A stretch of 64,000 bases of DNA from an uncultured Planctomycetales bacterium (GTDB lineage Bacteria; Planctomycetota; Phycisphaerae; UBA1845; Fen-1342). Within the stretch, counting starts at the first letter, position 1; each line of letters begins with the position of its first letter. Location: contig CAZJYX010000001.1 of NCBI GenBank assembly GCA_964550375.1, positions 2,049 to 66,048 on the forward strand, written 5' to 3'. The position numbers were made by a program, and so were the translations under genes. Below, in pieces: positions 39,883 to 49,620 of the stretch. The notes below the pieces were generated by a model. That model was not told the DNA's origin and did not search any database. It saw nothing but the letters and a program-made list of their open reading frames with translations.

Positions 39883-41019
39883 TCAGCCTGTCTCTGGAAT
39901 CTCCGGATCGCCGGCCGCGCTGATCCAGCCGCCGGCCAGCACAATGTCATCATCATAGAAGACGGCCGCCTGGCCCGGCGTCACGGCGAGTTGCGGCGCA
40001 GCGAAGCGGGCGGCAACACTGCCGTCGGGCCGCAGCCAAATCCGCCCGGCCGCTGGCGTGTGTTGATAGCGAATCTTGATTGCAGCCGGCCGCGCCTGAT
40101 CGGACGGCGGCGGGTCAACGAGCCAGTTGACCCCGTTCGCCAGCAGGCCTGGACTGAACAGCTCCTCGCGCGGCCCGAGCGTGACGGTGTTGGCCACCGC
40201 GTCCAGCCCGGTCACGTACATTGGGATTCCGGCAGCAATGCCGAGGCCGCGTCGTTGGCCAATCGTGTAACCGGCAATGCCCTCGTGCGTTCCGATAACC
40301 TCTCCAGCGCGGTTGTGGACCTCGCCAGGCCGCAGCGTGTCGGGTCGGCGGTGGCGCACTAGCGTCCGGTAGTCGTTATTCGGGACGAAGCAGATCTCCT
40401 GGCTGTCGGGCTTGTCGCGGACGTGCAGCCGGAGGTCAGCCGCGATTTGCCGAACCTGGGCCTTGTCCGCCATCTCACCCAGCGGAAAGCGGCAGCGTGG
40501 CAGGTCGTGGCGCTGGATCCCAAAAAGCACGTAAGATTGGTCTTTCTCATGGTTTAGGGCGCGTGCCAGGCATGCATGCCCGGTGTCGGTCAGCACGCGG
40601 GCATAGTGGCCCGTAGCCACGAACTCAGCGTCCAGCATGTCGGCGTAGCGCAGCAGCTTGCCGAACTTCAGGCGGATATTGCACACCACGCAGGGATTCG
40701 GGGTCCGGCCGGCGGCGTACTCGTCCACGAACTCCGCGATGATGCTCTCGAAATCCCGTTCGAAGTCCAGAGCGTAGAAGGGGATGCCCAGATGACCGGC
40801 CATGGCGCGCGCATCGGCCGCGTCGGCAGCCGAACAGCAGCCGTGCCGGAGGCGCCGCCCCGGCGTCGCCGCGTCCTCCACCGCCGCAGCCCCGCCGGCC
40901 GTCCCAACGCGCATGAACACGCCGACGCATTCGTAGCCGGCCTGCTTGAGCAGGGCCGCCGCGACGGAGGAATCCACGCCGCCCGACATGGCGACGATTA
41001 CTCTGCCGTGCCGTGACAT
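39883..41019 (-). CDS. mnmA: tRNA-specific 2-thiouridylase
   Basis: VIVAMSGGVDSSVAA PP-loop; conserved MnmA core through the C-terminus. Confidence 0.9.
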   Translation of the reverse strand: MSRHGRVIVAMSGGVDSSVAAALLKQAGYECVGVFMRVGTAGGAAAVEDAATPGRRLRHGCCSAADAADARAMAGHLGIPFYALDFERDFESIIAEFVDEYAAGRTPNPCVVCNIRLKFGKLLRYADMLDAEFVATGHYARVLTDTGHACLARALNHEKDQSYVLFGIQRHDLPRCRFPLGEMADKAQVRQIAADLRLHVRDKPDSQEICFVPNNDYRTLVRHRRPDTLRPGEVHNRAGEVIGTHEGIAGYTIGQRRGLGIAAGIPMYVTGLDAVANTVTLGPREELFSPGLLANGVNWLVDPPPSDQARPAAIKIRYQHTPAAGRIWLRPDGSVAARFAAPQLAVTPGQAAVFYDDDIVLAGGWISAAGDPEIPETG

Positions 41020-41151
41020 GACGCTGATTAGCATTGGGCGAAGCCGGGAAGTCAACCGCGTTCCCCCCGGCCGGCCGATCTGAACGGCAGTTGACCGCCT
41101 CCGCGGCCATCGGTAGGCTACGACCCGGCTGATGAACCGGCGTCGGCGCCG

Positions 41152-42897
41152 GTGGGCCGAGCGCCGCGCTCCCCGAACGTGCGAGATACCAAAGCCCCGA
41201 TGGTCCGCAAGCAACCCTTCTACGCATCCGGCCTGCTGAGCACTTCGAAGCCCGAGCAGAAGGAAGTGGAACACCGGGAAACGGCGATCGAGCAGATTTC
41301 GTCGTTTGTGGCCTTCTTCATCTACTTGCTCGTGCTCAAGAGCTACTTGCTGCCGCTGTTCATCATTCCCACCGGCTCGATGGCGGAGACGCTCTACGGC
41401 GCCCACGCCAAGCACGTGTGCCCGAACTGTGGCGTCGAGTACCCCGTCGGGATGCCCCTCGCCTCGGTTCCGGTGATCCAATGTCCCAACTGCCGCTGGC
41501 GCGAGTTCTGCGAGTCAGCCGCCGTGCCGCGCTCCTGGCTACCACGCCTGCAAGAGCTCGGGGCCCGGGTGGACGGCATTACCGGGCCGCTGCACGAGCG
41601 GGCCGGCGACCGCATCATGGTGCATGGCTGGACTTACGAGTGGGGTGGCCGGCTTGAGCCGCAGCGTTGGGACGTAGCCGTGTTCAAGGTGCCCAGCGAC
41701 GGCCACACCAACTACATAAAGCGGCTGATCGGCAAGCCGGGCGAGACGATCGAGATCATCGACGGCGACATCTTCTTCACCGATCCGGAGACGGGGGAGA
41801 CCGCCATTGCGCGCAAGCCGCGCCACGTGCAGGAAACTTTGTGGTTTCGGTATTACGATCATGATTACTTGCCGCGCCGGCCGGCGCCGAGTGCCGCTTA
41901 TCACCCGCGCTGGGTGCCGCGGCCGAACGACGTGGGGTGGAGCGCGCTGGACGCGCGCCGGCCGGTCTTCGACGGGCTCGGCGGGCAGCGCGGCGAGATT
42001 CAGTTCGTCACGAGTCTGGGCGCGGCCAGGCAGCCCGGCGAGATTGCGGACATCTACGGCTACGACCGCGTGTACGCTGAGCAGTACCTGGGTCAGAAGG
42101 TAGACAGGGTCGTGCCGGTACAGCACGCGACGGTAACCGACGTGCGGCTCAGCACGGTGGTGACGTTCCAGGAGGTCGGCGAGGACGGCTACGTCGAACT
42201 CGCGGCCAGCAAGTACGGCAGCGAGTTCTACGCGCGGCTGTACGGGGACGGCCGCCTGACGCTGGAACGGGCACCATGGAGCGGCGGGGCCCGAGAGCTA
42301 TGGGGCAGCGTCGCGCTTCCGTCGCTCGCCGAGCCCGTACGGCTCGCGCTTAGCAACGTGGACTACGTTGTCAGCATCGAAGTTGACGGGGAGCCGGTGT
42401 TGGCGAGCACGAGCGAACAGTACGGGATCACGGCCGCCCAGGCGCGCGAGCGGCTGAGCCGCAAAGTCGCGCCGCGGTTGCGCGTGGCAGCCGAGAACGT
42501 GAAGGCCACCTTTGCCCATCTGCTGATCGAGCGGGACGTCCATTACCTTGACCCGGGCCACCGGCGCGGCGGCGCGGTCGGCTACGGGGGTATGGGCAAC
42601 CCGATTACGCTGGGACCCGACGAGTACTACGTGCTGGGCGACAACAGTCCGTCTAGCCTGGATTCCCGCTTCTCGTTTGCCAACCGCGAAGACGAGGCGG
42701 TCGGCGCCCATCTGCGGCCGGCCTTCCGGCGGGGCGAGTACCGCCTGGGCACGGTTCCTGCGGATCAACTCATCGGACCGGCTTTCCTGGTTTACTGGCC
42801 CGGTACCGCCGAACTGGTGCCGGATCACATGTTGCCGCGCCCTTTGCGGTTGCTGAACCAATTGCCCACGCCGGGCGGGATCCGCTGGATCCATTAG
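41152..42897 (+). CDS. lepB: signal peptidase I (S26), giant form with Cys4 zinc-ribbon insertion
   Basis: Catalytic IPTGSMAETL; box E GDNSPSSLDSRF. CPNCGVEYP...CPNCRW located 20 aa after the catalytic Ser. 581 aa. Confidence 0.8.
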   Translation: MGRAPRSPNVRDTKAPMVRKQPFYASGLLSTSKPEQKEVEHRETAIEQISSFVAFFIYLLVLKSYLLPLFIIPTGSMAETLYGAHAKHVCPNCGVEYPVGMPLASVPVIQCPNCRWREFCESAAVPRSWLPRLQELGARVDGITGPLHERAGDRIMVHGWTYEWGGRLEPQRWDVAVFKVPSDGHTNYIKRLIGKPGETIEIIDGDIFFTDPETGETAIARKPRHVQETLWFRYYDHDYLPRRPAPSAAYHPRWVPRPNDVGWSALDARRPVFDGLGGQRGEIQFVTSLGAARQPGEIADIYGYDRVYAEQYLGQKVDRVVPVQHATVTDVRLSTVVTFQEVGEDGYVELAASKYGSEFYARLYGDGRLTLERAPWSGGARELWGSVALPSLAEPVRLALSNVDYVVSIEVDGEPVLASTSEQYGITAAQARERLSRKVAPRLRVAAENVKATFAHLLIERDVHYLDPGHRRGGAVGYGGMGNPITLGPDEYYVLGDNSPSSLDSRFSFANREDEAVGAHLRPAFRRGEYRLGTVPADQLIGPAFLVYWPGTAELVPDHMLPRPLRLLNQLPTPGGIRWIH

Positions 42898-42954
42898 CGG
42901 CCAGGTGCGGGCCCGACCCGGCCGGCGGGCGGCCTGCACGCGGAATCACGAGCG

Positions 42955-44448
42955 GTGAACGACTGCCAGTCGCCATTGTCACCTGTGCCCGACACCGCCA
43001 CGGAGCTGCCGGTCCGCGCCGGTGGCCGGGCTTTGCACGCGCTGGAAACGATCCAGACCGTCCTGACGGCGCTCATGCTGGCTTTCGTGTTTCGGGCGTA
43101 CCTGGTGGAGGCCTTCATCATCCCGACCGGCTCGATGGCCGAGTCTCTGCTGGGGGCCCACGCCACCATGATCTGTCCGGCGTGTGGCTGGGAGTACGAT
43201 TTCGCCCCCACGCACGACTGCTTCTGCCCGAACTGCCACCTGCGTTTGCCGCTGGCGGCCGAGAACGTACCATTGAAGGACGGCGATCGCATTCTCGTTC
43301 ACAAGTGGCCGTACGTGCTGGGCGGCCCATTTGGCCCGCAGCGCTGGGACGTCATCGTTTTCCGCAACCCATCCGATCCCCGCGAGAACTACGTCAAGCG
43401 CGCCGTCGGCCTACCGGGAGAGTCGGTCCAGATTCTCGACGGCGATGTGTACATCAACGGCCGCATCGCCCGCAAGACGCCGGCGGCGCAGCGCGCCCTG
43501 TGGTTTGTCGTGTATGACCAGGCGCACATCCCCGTGCCAACCGCGGCGACTGCCGGGTGGCCACGCTGGATAGTGGAGCCGACGCCGAATTCGGAGGCAT
43601 CCGGCTGGGAGGGACTGAGCGCGCGTGTGCTGCGTTTCAATGCCCCGGACGACCGTGAACGCGCAATGCGCTTCGAACCCGACGACGACCGGTATTTCCA
43701 GGACGTTTGCGGCTACAACCGCGGGCCGTCGCCCTGGCCGGCTCCCCGCGTGGGCGATATGCGTCTGCTGGCGGAGGTGGCATTCCAGGACGGCGAAGGG
43801 ACTTGCCGGTGGGAATTGACGCGCGATGATCAGCGCTTCATGCTGACACTCTGCCGGGACGGCACGCTGACGCTGGACATGGCACCGGCGGACGGCGCGC
43901 AGGCAGCGACCCGCATCGGCCAAGCCCGGCACGAGCGGTTCCGAGCGGGGCGTCCTTACGCGGTCGAGTTCGCCCACGTTGATTACCGCGTATACGTTAA
44001 GCTCAACGGCCAGACCGTTCTGGCAACCAGCGATGAGCAGTACAACCCAGACGTCGCGGCACTGCGGGCCTTCGAGCGGCGCACTCCGGTCGGGCTGCGG
44101 CTTGCGGCCCATTCAGTGGATCTGGAACTGCGTCGGCTGCGCATCGATCGGGACGTGCACTACACCTATCGACCAGGCCGCACCGTGCGGGCGGATGCGT
44201 CGGGCCCGTTCGTGCTCGGCCACGACGAGTACTTCGTGCTGGGCGATAACAGCCCGGACAGCCACGACAGCCGGGAGTGGCAGCAGCAGGCCTACCACCT
44301 GCCGGCCGGCCATTGGCAGGCCGGGACGGTTCCGGCAAGCCAGATTGTCGGACGGGTGGCGTTCGTGTATCTTCCCGGCTTGCAGCCGCTGGACGCGGCG
44401 GGCAATTGGAGGTTACCGGACCTTGGCCGCGTGCGTTTCGTGCGCTGA
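42955..44448 (+). CDS. lepB: signal peptidase I (S26), second tandem paralog with Cys4 zinc-ribbon insertion
   Basis: IPTGSMAESL; GDNSPDSHDSREW; CPACGWEYD...CPNC. 497 aa. Confidence 0.8.
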   Translation: MNDCQSPLSPVPDTATELPVRAGGRALHALETIQTVLTALMLAFVFRAYLVEAFIIPTGSMAESLLGAHATMICPACGWEYDFAPTHDCFCPNCHLRLPLAAENVPLKDGDRILVHKWPYVLGGPFGPQRWDVIVFRNPSDPRENYVKRAVGLPGESVQILDGDVYINGRIARKTPAAQRALWFVVYDQAHIPVPTAATAGWPRWIVEPTPNSEASGWEGLSARVLRFNAPDDRERAMRFEPDDDRYFQDVCGYNRGPSPWPAPRVGDMRLLAEVAFQDGEGTCRWELTRDDQRFMLTLCRDGTLTLDMAPADGAQAATRIGQARHERFRAGRPYAVEFAHVDYRVYVKLNGQTVLATSDEQYNPDVAALRAFERRTPVGLRLAAHSVDLELRRLRIDRDVHYTYRPGRTVRADASGPFVLGHDEYFVLGDNSPDSHDSREWQQQAYHLPAGHWQAGTVPASQIVGRVAFVYLPGLQPLDAAGNWRLPDLGRVRFVR

Positions 44449-44562
44449 AATGGTCGCCACGTGCAAACCGGACAGACTTGTGCAGAAACTGGGTTTTCAA
44501 CACTTGGGCGGGCGAAGCAGATTTCTGGAGTAGCTTGGTCGGACTCGGTCGGCGGGCGTTCC

Positions 44563-44574
44563 GAAACCGGTTTC
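44563..44574. promoter_or_regulatory. perfect 12-bp palindrome GAAACCGGTTTC in intergenic region upstream of lptB
   Basis: Read directly; lies in a 330-bp non-coding stretch of below-average GC. Confidence 0.3.
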
Positions 44575-44778
44575 AGCGGCCGATACTGGCTGGAGGGTGT
44601 CGCACGTAAGCCTATGCGTACCAAGAATGTGCGTGATTCTGAGCACCCGGTTGAGACGACCATCAGGGCGGCCTGCGGGCCAGCGCCGATAACTGTCTAC
44701 ATCCCACGACTGCGGCCGAACTTGCGCCACTCTCAACACGTTATCCACAATCCCATCCGACCCCTTTTGGGGAGCTGA

Positions 44779-45525
44779 TTGATGCTTCTGCAGGCCCATG
44801 ACCTGGTCAAGACTTATGGCGGTCGCACCGTCGTCGACCACGTCAGCTACCAGGTGGATGAACGGGAAATAGTGGGCCTCCTGGGGGCCAACGGCGCGGG
44901 AAAGACGACCAGTTTCCGTATGACGGTGGGCATGATTGCCCCGAACAGCGGGCGCGTGATCTTCGACTCCGTGGACGTGACCGGCCTGCCGATGTACAAG
45001 CGCGCCCGCCGAGGGATCGGCTACCTGTCGCAGGAGCCGAGCGTCTTTCAGCGCCTGACCGTCGAGCAGAACCTGATGGCGATTTGCGAGACGATGCGGT
45101 TCACGCGTGCCGCGCGTCATAAGAAGGTAAACGAGCTATTGGGGCAGTTCGGGCTGGCGGTGGTCCGCAAGAACTACGCCAAGAACATCTCCGGCGGCGA
45201 GCGGCGCAAGCTTGAGATCGCGCGGGCGCTGATAACCGAGCCGCGCCTTATCCTGCTGGATGAACCATTCAGCGGGGTTGATCCCAAGGCCGTCGAGGAG
45301 CTCCGTCGTGAGATTCTCAAGTTGCGGGAGCGTGGCATTGCGATTCTGTTGACGGATCACAACGTCCACGAGACGCTCAAAGTCACCGATCGCAGCTATG
45401 TCATACACGAGGGCAAGGTCATCAGCGCCGGGTCGCCCAAGAAGCTCATCAACGACCCGATGGTGCGCGAGACCTACCTCGGCAATACCTTCCGCGGAGA
45501 CGAATTCGGCACGGGCGATGGCTGA
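44779..45525 (+). CDS. lptB: LPS export ABC transporter ATP-binding protein
   Basis: Walker A GANGAGKTT, signature ISGGERRKLEIARAL, LptB-type C-terminus ...VRETYLG. Confidence 0.85.
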   Translation: MMLLQAHDLVKTYGGRTVVDHVSYQVDEREIVGLLGANGAGKTTSFRMTVGMIAPNSGRVIFDSVDVTGLPMYKRARRGIGYLSQEPSVFQRLTVEQNLMAICETMRFTRAARHKKVNELLGQFGLAVVRKNYAKNISGGERRKLEIARALITEPRLILLDEPFSGVDPKAVEELRREILKLRERGIAILLTDHNVHETLKVTDRSYVIHEGKVISAGSPKKLINDPMVRETYLGNTFRGDEFGTGDG

Positions 45526-45874
45526 TGAAGCGGACCAGATCGAACTGACGGCGGCGGCACACGGGGTGGAATTCAGCCTCAAGGTGGTGCCGGGTGCATC
45601 CCGTACCGCCGTTGTGGGCGTCTGGGGGCAGGCGCTCAAGGTGGCGGTGGCGGCTCCGCCCGAGGGCGGCAAAGCCAACGGCGCGGTAGTGGAGCTCCTG
45701 GCGCATATACTTGGTGTGAGGCGGGCGGACGTCGCGGTGGTGAGCGGACACAGCCGGCCGGTGAAACGCGTGGCCGTGCGGGGCATGAGCGCTGCGGCGG
45801 TAGCCGAGAAGTTGGCTCAGATCATCGGCACGCGGCGGCCGGCGGCACCGCGACCACGCCGCACGGAGCAGTAG
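45518..45874 (+). CDS. DUF167 (YggU-like) protein
   Basis: ...LKVVPGASRTAVVG...ALKVAVAAPPEGGKANGAVVELLA...; overlaps lptB stop by 8 nt. Confidence 0.6.
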   Translation: MADEADQIELTAAAHGVEFSLKVVPGASRTAVVGVWGQALKVAVAAPPEGGKANGAVVELLAHILGVRRADVAVVSGHSRPVKRVAVRGMSAAAVAEKLAQIIGTRRPAAPRPRRTEQ

Positions 45875-45876
45875 CG

Positions 45877-46164
45877 GTGACAGAACGGCAATTCGAGATG
45901 AAGGTGTTGTGCGGGGTTCCGAACGTGGGGCCGGCAATTGCGCAGGACCTCCTGCGCCTGGGCATCAGGCGTGTAGAGGACCTGGCGGGCGCTAATCCCG
46001 ACGAGCTGTACCAGGAGCTGTGTCGCCTTGAGGGTCGGCACGTGGACATGTGCGTTCGGGACGTTTTCGCGGCGGCTGTGGACTATGCGGACGGCAAACC
46101 TAGCAAGCCGTGGTGGGAGTACTCGCGCGCCCGCAAGGCGCGGGCACAGGTCCGGCCGGGGTGA
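45877..46164 (+). CDS. helix-hairpin-helix DNA-binding domain protein (TfoX C-terminal-like)
   Basis: GVPNVGPAIAQDLLRLGIRRVEDLAGANPDELY HhH motif. GTG start directly after the previous stop. Confidence 0.5.
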   Translation: MTERQFEMKVLCGVPNVGPAIAQDLLRLGIRRVEDLAGANPDELYQELCRLEGRHVDMCVRDVFAAAVDYADGKPSKPWWEYSRARKARAQVRPG

Positions 46165-46306
46165 CCCAGGCTTGGTCCTATAACCGGGCTGCGCGGTGTT
46201 GTCCGCGATTGGCCGGGTCGGCGCGTGCCGGCGGAGCGTCGGAGCGGGAGGCGCACTTGAAATCGCACCTCACGAATGCTATATTACCGATGGAGTAACT
46301 GAGATA

Positions 46307-46774
46307 ATGCTCTCGTTGACGAAGAAATGTGAGTACGCCCTGGTGGCCATTTGTCACCTGGCGCGCGTCGAGCAGCGGGTGGTCAGCGCGCGTGAGATCG
46401 CGGAACTGCACGAGGTGCCGCTGCCGCTGCTCATGAATGTGCTCAAGCAGCTTAACCAGGCCGGTCAGGTGCGGTCGGTACGCGGCGCGCGGGGTGGGTA
46501 CGCGTTGGCGGTGGCGCCGAATGAGTTGACGCTCGCACAGGTGATACATGCGGTGGAGGGGCCGGTGCGGCTCGTTAATTGCGCCCCCGGGGCGGGTGGT
46601 CGCCAGCGCGGCTGTGAACGCCTGGCATTCTGCTCGATCCGGCATCCGATTCACAAGGTCCATCACGAGCTGCTGAAGTTCCTGGGTTCGGTGACGGTGG
46701 CGGACATCGCTTTCGACGATGAGTACCGCGAGGCGAGCGGTGCGCCCAAGCAGGGAAGGGTAGCCGTGCCATGA
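46307..46774 (+). CDS. iscR: Rrf2-family transcriptional regulator IscR
   Basis: [22 protein letters not shown]; three Cys ([18 protein letters not shown]) for Fe-S ligation. Heads the isc operon. Confidence 0.8.
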   Translation: MLSLTKKCEYALVAICHLARVEQRVVSAREIAELHEVPLPLLMNVLKQLNQAGQVRSVRGARGGYALAVAPNELTLAQVIHAVEGPVRLVNCAPGAGGRQRGCERLAFCSIRHPIHKVHHELLKFLGSVTVADIAFDDEYREASGAPKQGRVAVP

Positions 46775-47982
46775 GCCGTGTCTATCTGGACAACAACGCG
46801 ACCACGCCGGTTGATCCACGCGTGCTGGAGGCGATGCTGCCGTACTTCTGCGAGAAGTTCGGCAACGCGGCGTCGCGCAGTCACGCCTACGGCTGGGAGG
46901 CGGAGGAGGCGGTTGACACCGCCCGGCGGCAGGTGGCGGAGGTGATCGGCGCCGACCCGCGCGAGATCATCTTCACGAGCGGGGCGACCGAGGGCAACAA
47001 CATAGCCATCAAGGGTGTGGCAACGCTGTACGCTGAACGCGGCCGCCACATCATCACGCAGGTTACGGAGCACAAGGCCGTCATTGATCCGTGCCAGTGG
47101 CTGGAACAGCAGGGCTATCGGGTCACGTTTCTGCCGGTCGATCGCGACGGTCTGGTCGATCTTGACCAGTTGCGCGCCGCGCTGGCGGACGATACGATTC
47201 TCGTGTCGATCATGCACGGCAACAACGAGATCGGGACTTTGCAGCCGATCGGCGAAATCGGGCGCATGTGCAAAGAGCGCGGCGTGCTCTTCCACACGGA
47301 CTGCTGCCAGACGTACGGCAAGGTGCCGATCGACGTTGAGCAGATGGGTATCGACCTGCTGACGTGCAGCGCGCACAAGATCTACGGGCCCAAGGGCGTG
47401 GGGGCGTTGTACGTGCGGCGCAAGGGGCCGCGCGTGCGGTGCGCCCCGGTTATCCACGGCGGCGGGCACGAGCGCGGCATGCGCAGCGGCACGCTCAACG
47501 TCCCGGCGATTGTCGGGCTGGGCCGGGCGGCCGAGATCTGCCAGTCCGAGCTTGGCCGCGAGCCGGCCCGCGTGGCCGCGCTGCGCGACCGGCTGCAGCA
47601 CGGCATTACCTCCCAGCTTGACGAGGTGCACCTGAACGGGCACCCGTCGTTGCGTACGCCGACCAATCTGAACCTGTCGTTCGCCTACGTCGAGGGCGAG
47701 AGCATGATGATGGGTATGAACGACGTGGCGGTATCGAGTGGCTCGGCTTGCACCAGCGCGTCGCTGGAGCCCAGCTACGTGTTGAAGGCCCTGGGCGTCG
47801 GCGATGAGCTGGCCCACAGCAGCATCCGCTTCTCAGTGGGGCGCTTCAACACGATCGCGGAGATCGACCTGGTGGTCGAGAAGGTGGTCAGCACGGTTCG
47901 CAAGCTGCGGGAGATGAGCCCGTTGTACGAAATGGCGCAGGAAGGCATTGACCTGCGCACGGTGGAATGGGGCGGGCATTGA
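46771..47982 (+). CDS. iscS: cysteine desulfurase
   Basis: [15 protein letters not shown]..., PLP lysine region [15 protein letters not shown], active-site SSGSACTS. Confidence 0.95.
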   Translation: MSRVYLDNNATTPVDPRVLEAMLPYFCEKFGNAASRSHAYGWEAEEAVDTARRQVAEVIGADPREIIFTSGATEGNNIAIKGVATLYAERGRHIITQVTEHKAVIDPCQWLEQQGYRVTFLPVDRDGLVDLDQLRAALADDTILVSIMHGNNEIGTLQPIGEIGRMCKERGVLFHTDCCQTYGKVPIDVEQMGIDLLTCSAHKIYGPKGVGALYVRRKGPRVRCAPVIHGGGHERGMRSGTLNVPAIVGLGRAAEICQSELGREPARVAALRDRLQHGITSQLDEVHLNGHPSLRTPTNLNLSFAYVEGESMMMGMNDVAVSSGSACTSASLEPSYVLKALGVGDELAHSSIRFSVGRFNTIAEIDLVVEKVVSTVRKLREMSPLYEMAQEGIDLRTVEWGGH

Positions 47983-48019
47983 CGCGTTCATCCGACCGGA
48001 CGCGGCCAGGAGTATGCAG

Positions 48020-48436
48020 ATGGCATATGGTGGCAAGATAATCGATCACTTCGAGCACCCGCGCAACGTCGGGTCGCTCGATCGCCAGGCCGAGAACGTC
48101 GGCACCGGCATCGTCGGCGCACCGGAGTGCGGCGACGTCATGAAGCTGCAGATCCAGGTCGACGACGACGACAACATCGTCGACGCCAGGTTCAAGACGT
48201 TCGGGTGCGGTTCGGCGATTGCGTCGAGTTCGCTGGCGACCGAGTGGCTCAAGGGCCGCAAGCTCGCTGACGCGCTGGAAATCAAGAACACGGACATTGT
48301 CAAGGAATTGGCCCTGCCGCCGGTTAAGATACATTGCAGCGTATTGGCCGAAGATGCGATTCGCGCCGCGGTTGACGACCTGCGGAAGAAGCGGGCCGGC
48401 CATCAGGCGCGGACCGAGACGGTCGAATCGAAATGA
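48020..48436 (+). CDS. iscU: Fe-S cluster assembly scaffold
   Basis: HFEHPRNVG...GAPECGDVMKLQI...FKTFGCGSAIASSS. Confidence 0.9.
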   Translation: MAYGGKIIDHFEHPRNVGSLDRQAENVGTGIVGAPECGDVMKLQIQVDDDDNIVDARFKTFGCGSAIASSSLATEWLKGRKLADALEIKNTDIVKELALPPVKIHCSVLAEDAIRAAVDDLRKKRAGHQARTETVESK

Positions 48437-48461
48437 AGCCCCGGACACGCGGAGCCATTCA

Positions 48462-48932
48462 ATGACGAGCGCAGCAGGCATGAATGACAAATCGGCAGTC
48501 AATCAGCAGCAAGCCACGGACAGCCCGGCCCCCGCGGGCGCCGGCCTGAGCGCGCGGCGGCGCGCCGCGACGCCCAGCGAGGGTGAGGGCGTGCGGTTGA
48601 GCGACAAGGCCGCCGCGCAGCTCAGCGGTATCATCGCGAAGGAGCAATACCCGGACAGCATGTACCTGTACGTGGGCGTCAAGGGCGGCGGCTGCAGCGG
48701 GCTGCAATACGTGCTGGATCTGCGGGACGAGAGCCACGCCCCGATCAACGACACCGACGAGGTGTTCGAATCGCACGGCTTCCTGATCGTGTGCGACCTG
48801 AAAAGCTACATCGTCGGCAATCTCACCGGCACGCTGATCGACTACCAGGACGGCCTCATGGGGGCCGGTTTCACGTTCAACAACCCCAACGCGAAGCACA
48901 AGTGCGGTTGCGGATCCAGCTACACGGCCTGA
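48462..48932 (+). CDS. iscA: A-type Fe-S carrier (HesB/IscA family) with N-terminal extension
   Basis: C-terminal GGGCSG...CGCGSSY motif; about 35-aa low-complexity N-terminal extension. Confidence 0.8.
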   Translation: MTSAAGMNDKSAVNQQQATDSPAPAGAGLSARRRAATPSEGEGVRLSDKAAAQLSGIIAKEQYPDSMYLYVGVKGGGCSGLQYVLDLRDESHAPINDTDEVFESHGFLIVCDLKSYIVGNLTGTLIDYQDGLMGAGFTFNNPNAKHKCGCGSSYTA

Positions 48933-48986
48933 TACTCGCCCTCGGCCGGCCGCCGGATCGTCCCGGGCCGGCCCACTCCGGACATA

Positions 48987-49610
48987 ATGGTGCCAATATT
49001 GACATCGGCTTTCGACCAAACCGCCGTACTGCCTGCCAAGTGCCGCTCGTGTAACCGGCCCCTGGATAGTCCGCTCTTTTGCGGCAACTGCCATACGCTG
49101 CATCCTGCTGCGGGACTTACGCACTTCGCCATCCTGGGGTTGACACCGTCCTTCGACATCGACCTGGACGAGTTGCGGCGCAAGTACCTGTACTGCTCGC
49201 GCTGCATCCACCCGGACCATCACAGCGCCGGCGGGGCGGACGCCAACCTGAGCCTGCACACTGCGGCGCAGCTCAACGAGTCCTACCGCGTCCTGCGGGA
49301 TCCCGTGCTGAGGGCGGAGCACCTGCTCGCGCTGGCCGGCGGCCGCTCGTCGGCCGAGGACAAGAGCGCCCCGCCGGACGTGCTCGCACAGACCATGCTG
49401 TTAAGAGAGGAGACAGAAGAAGCCCGCGCGGCGGACGACAGTGCCGGCCTGGCCGCCCTGCGGAAGCAGGTGCAGACCCTGTGCGAACAGGCCTTGCAGG
49501 TCGTTGCCGGACTGGCGCGCGAGCTGCCCGGCAACGACGACACCCGGCAGCGGCTGCGCGAGCAGCTCAACGCCGTGAAGTACTACCGCAAGCTGCTCGA
49601 ACAGCTCTAG
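48987..49610 (+). CDS. hscB: Fe-S co-chaperone HscB with N-terminal tetracysteine motif
   Basis: J-domain ([22 protein letters not shown]...HPD) preceded by CRSC...CGNC. Confidence 0.8.
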   Translation: MVPILTSAFDQTAVLPAKCRSCNRPLDSPLFCGNCHTLHPAAGLTHFAILGLTPSFDIDLDELRRKYLYCSRCIHPDHHSAGGADANLSLHTAAQLNESYRVLRDPVLRAEHLLALAGGRSSAEDKSAPPDVLAQTMLLREETEEARAADDSAGLAALRKQVQTLCEQALQVVAGLARELPGNDDTRQRLREQLNAVKYYRKLLEQL

Positions 49611-49620
49611 ACTGCGCGCC

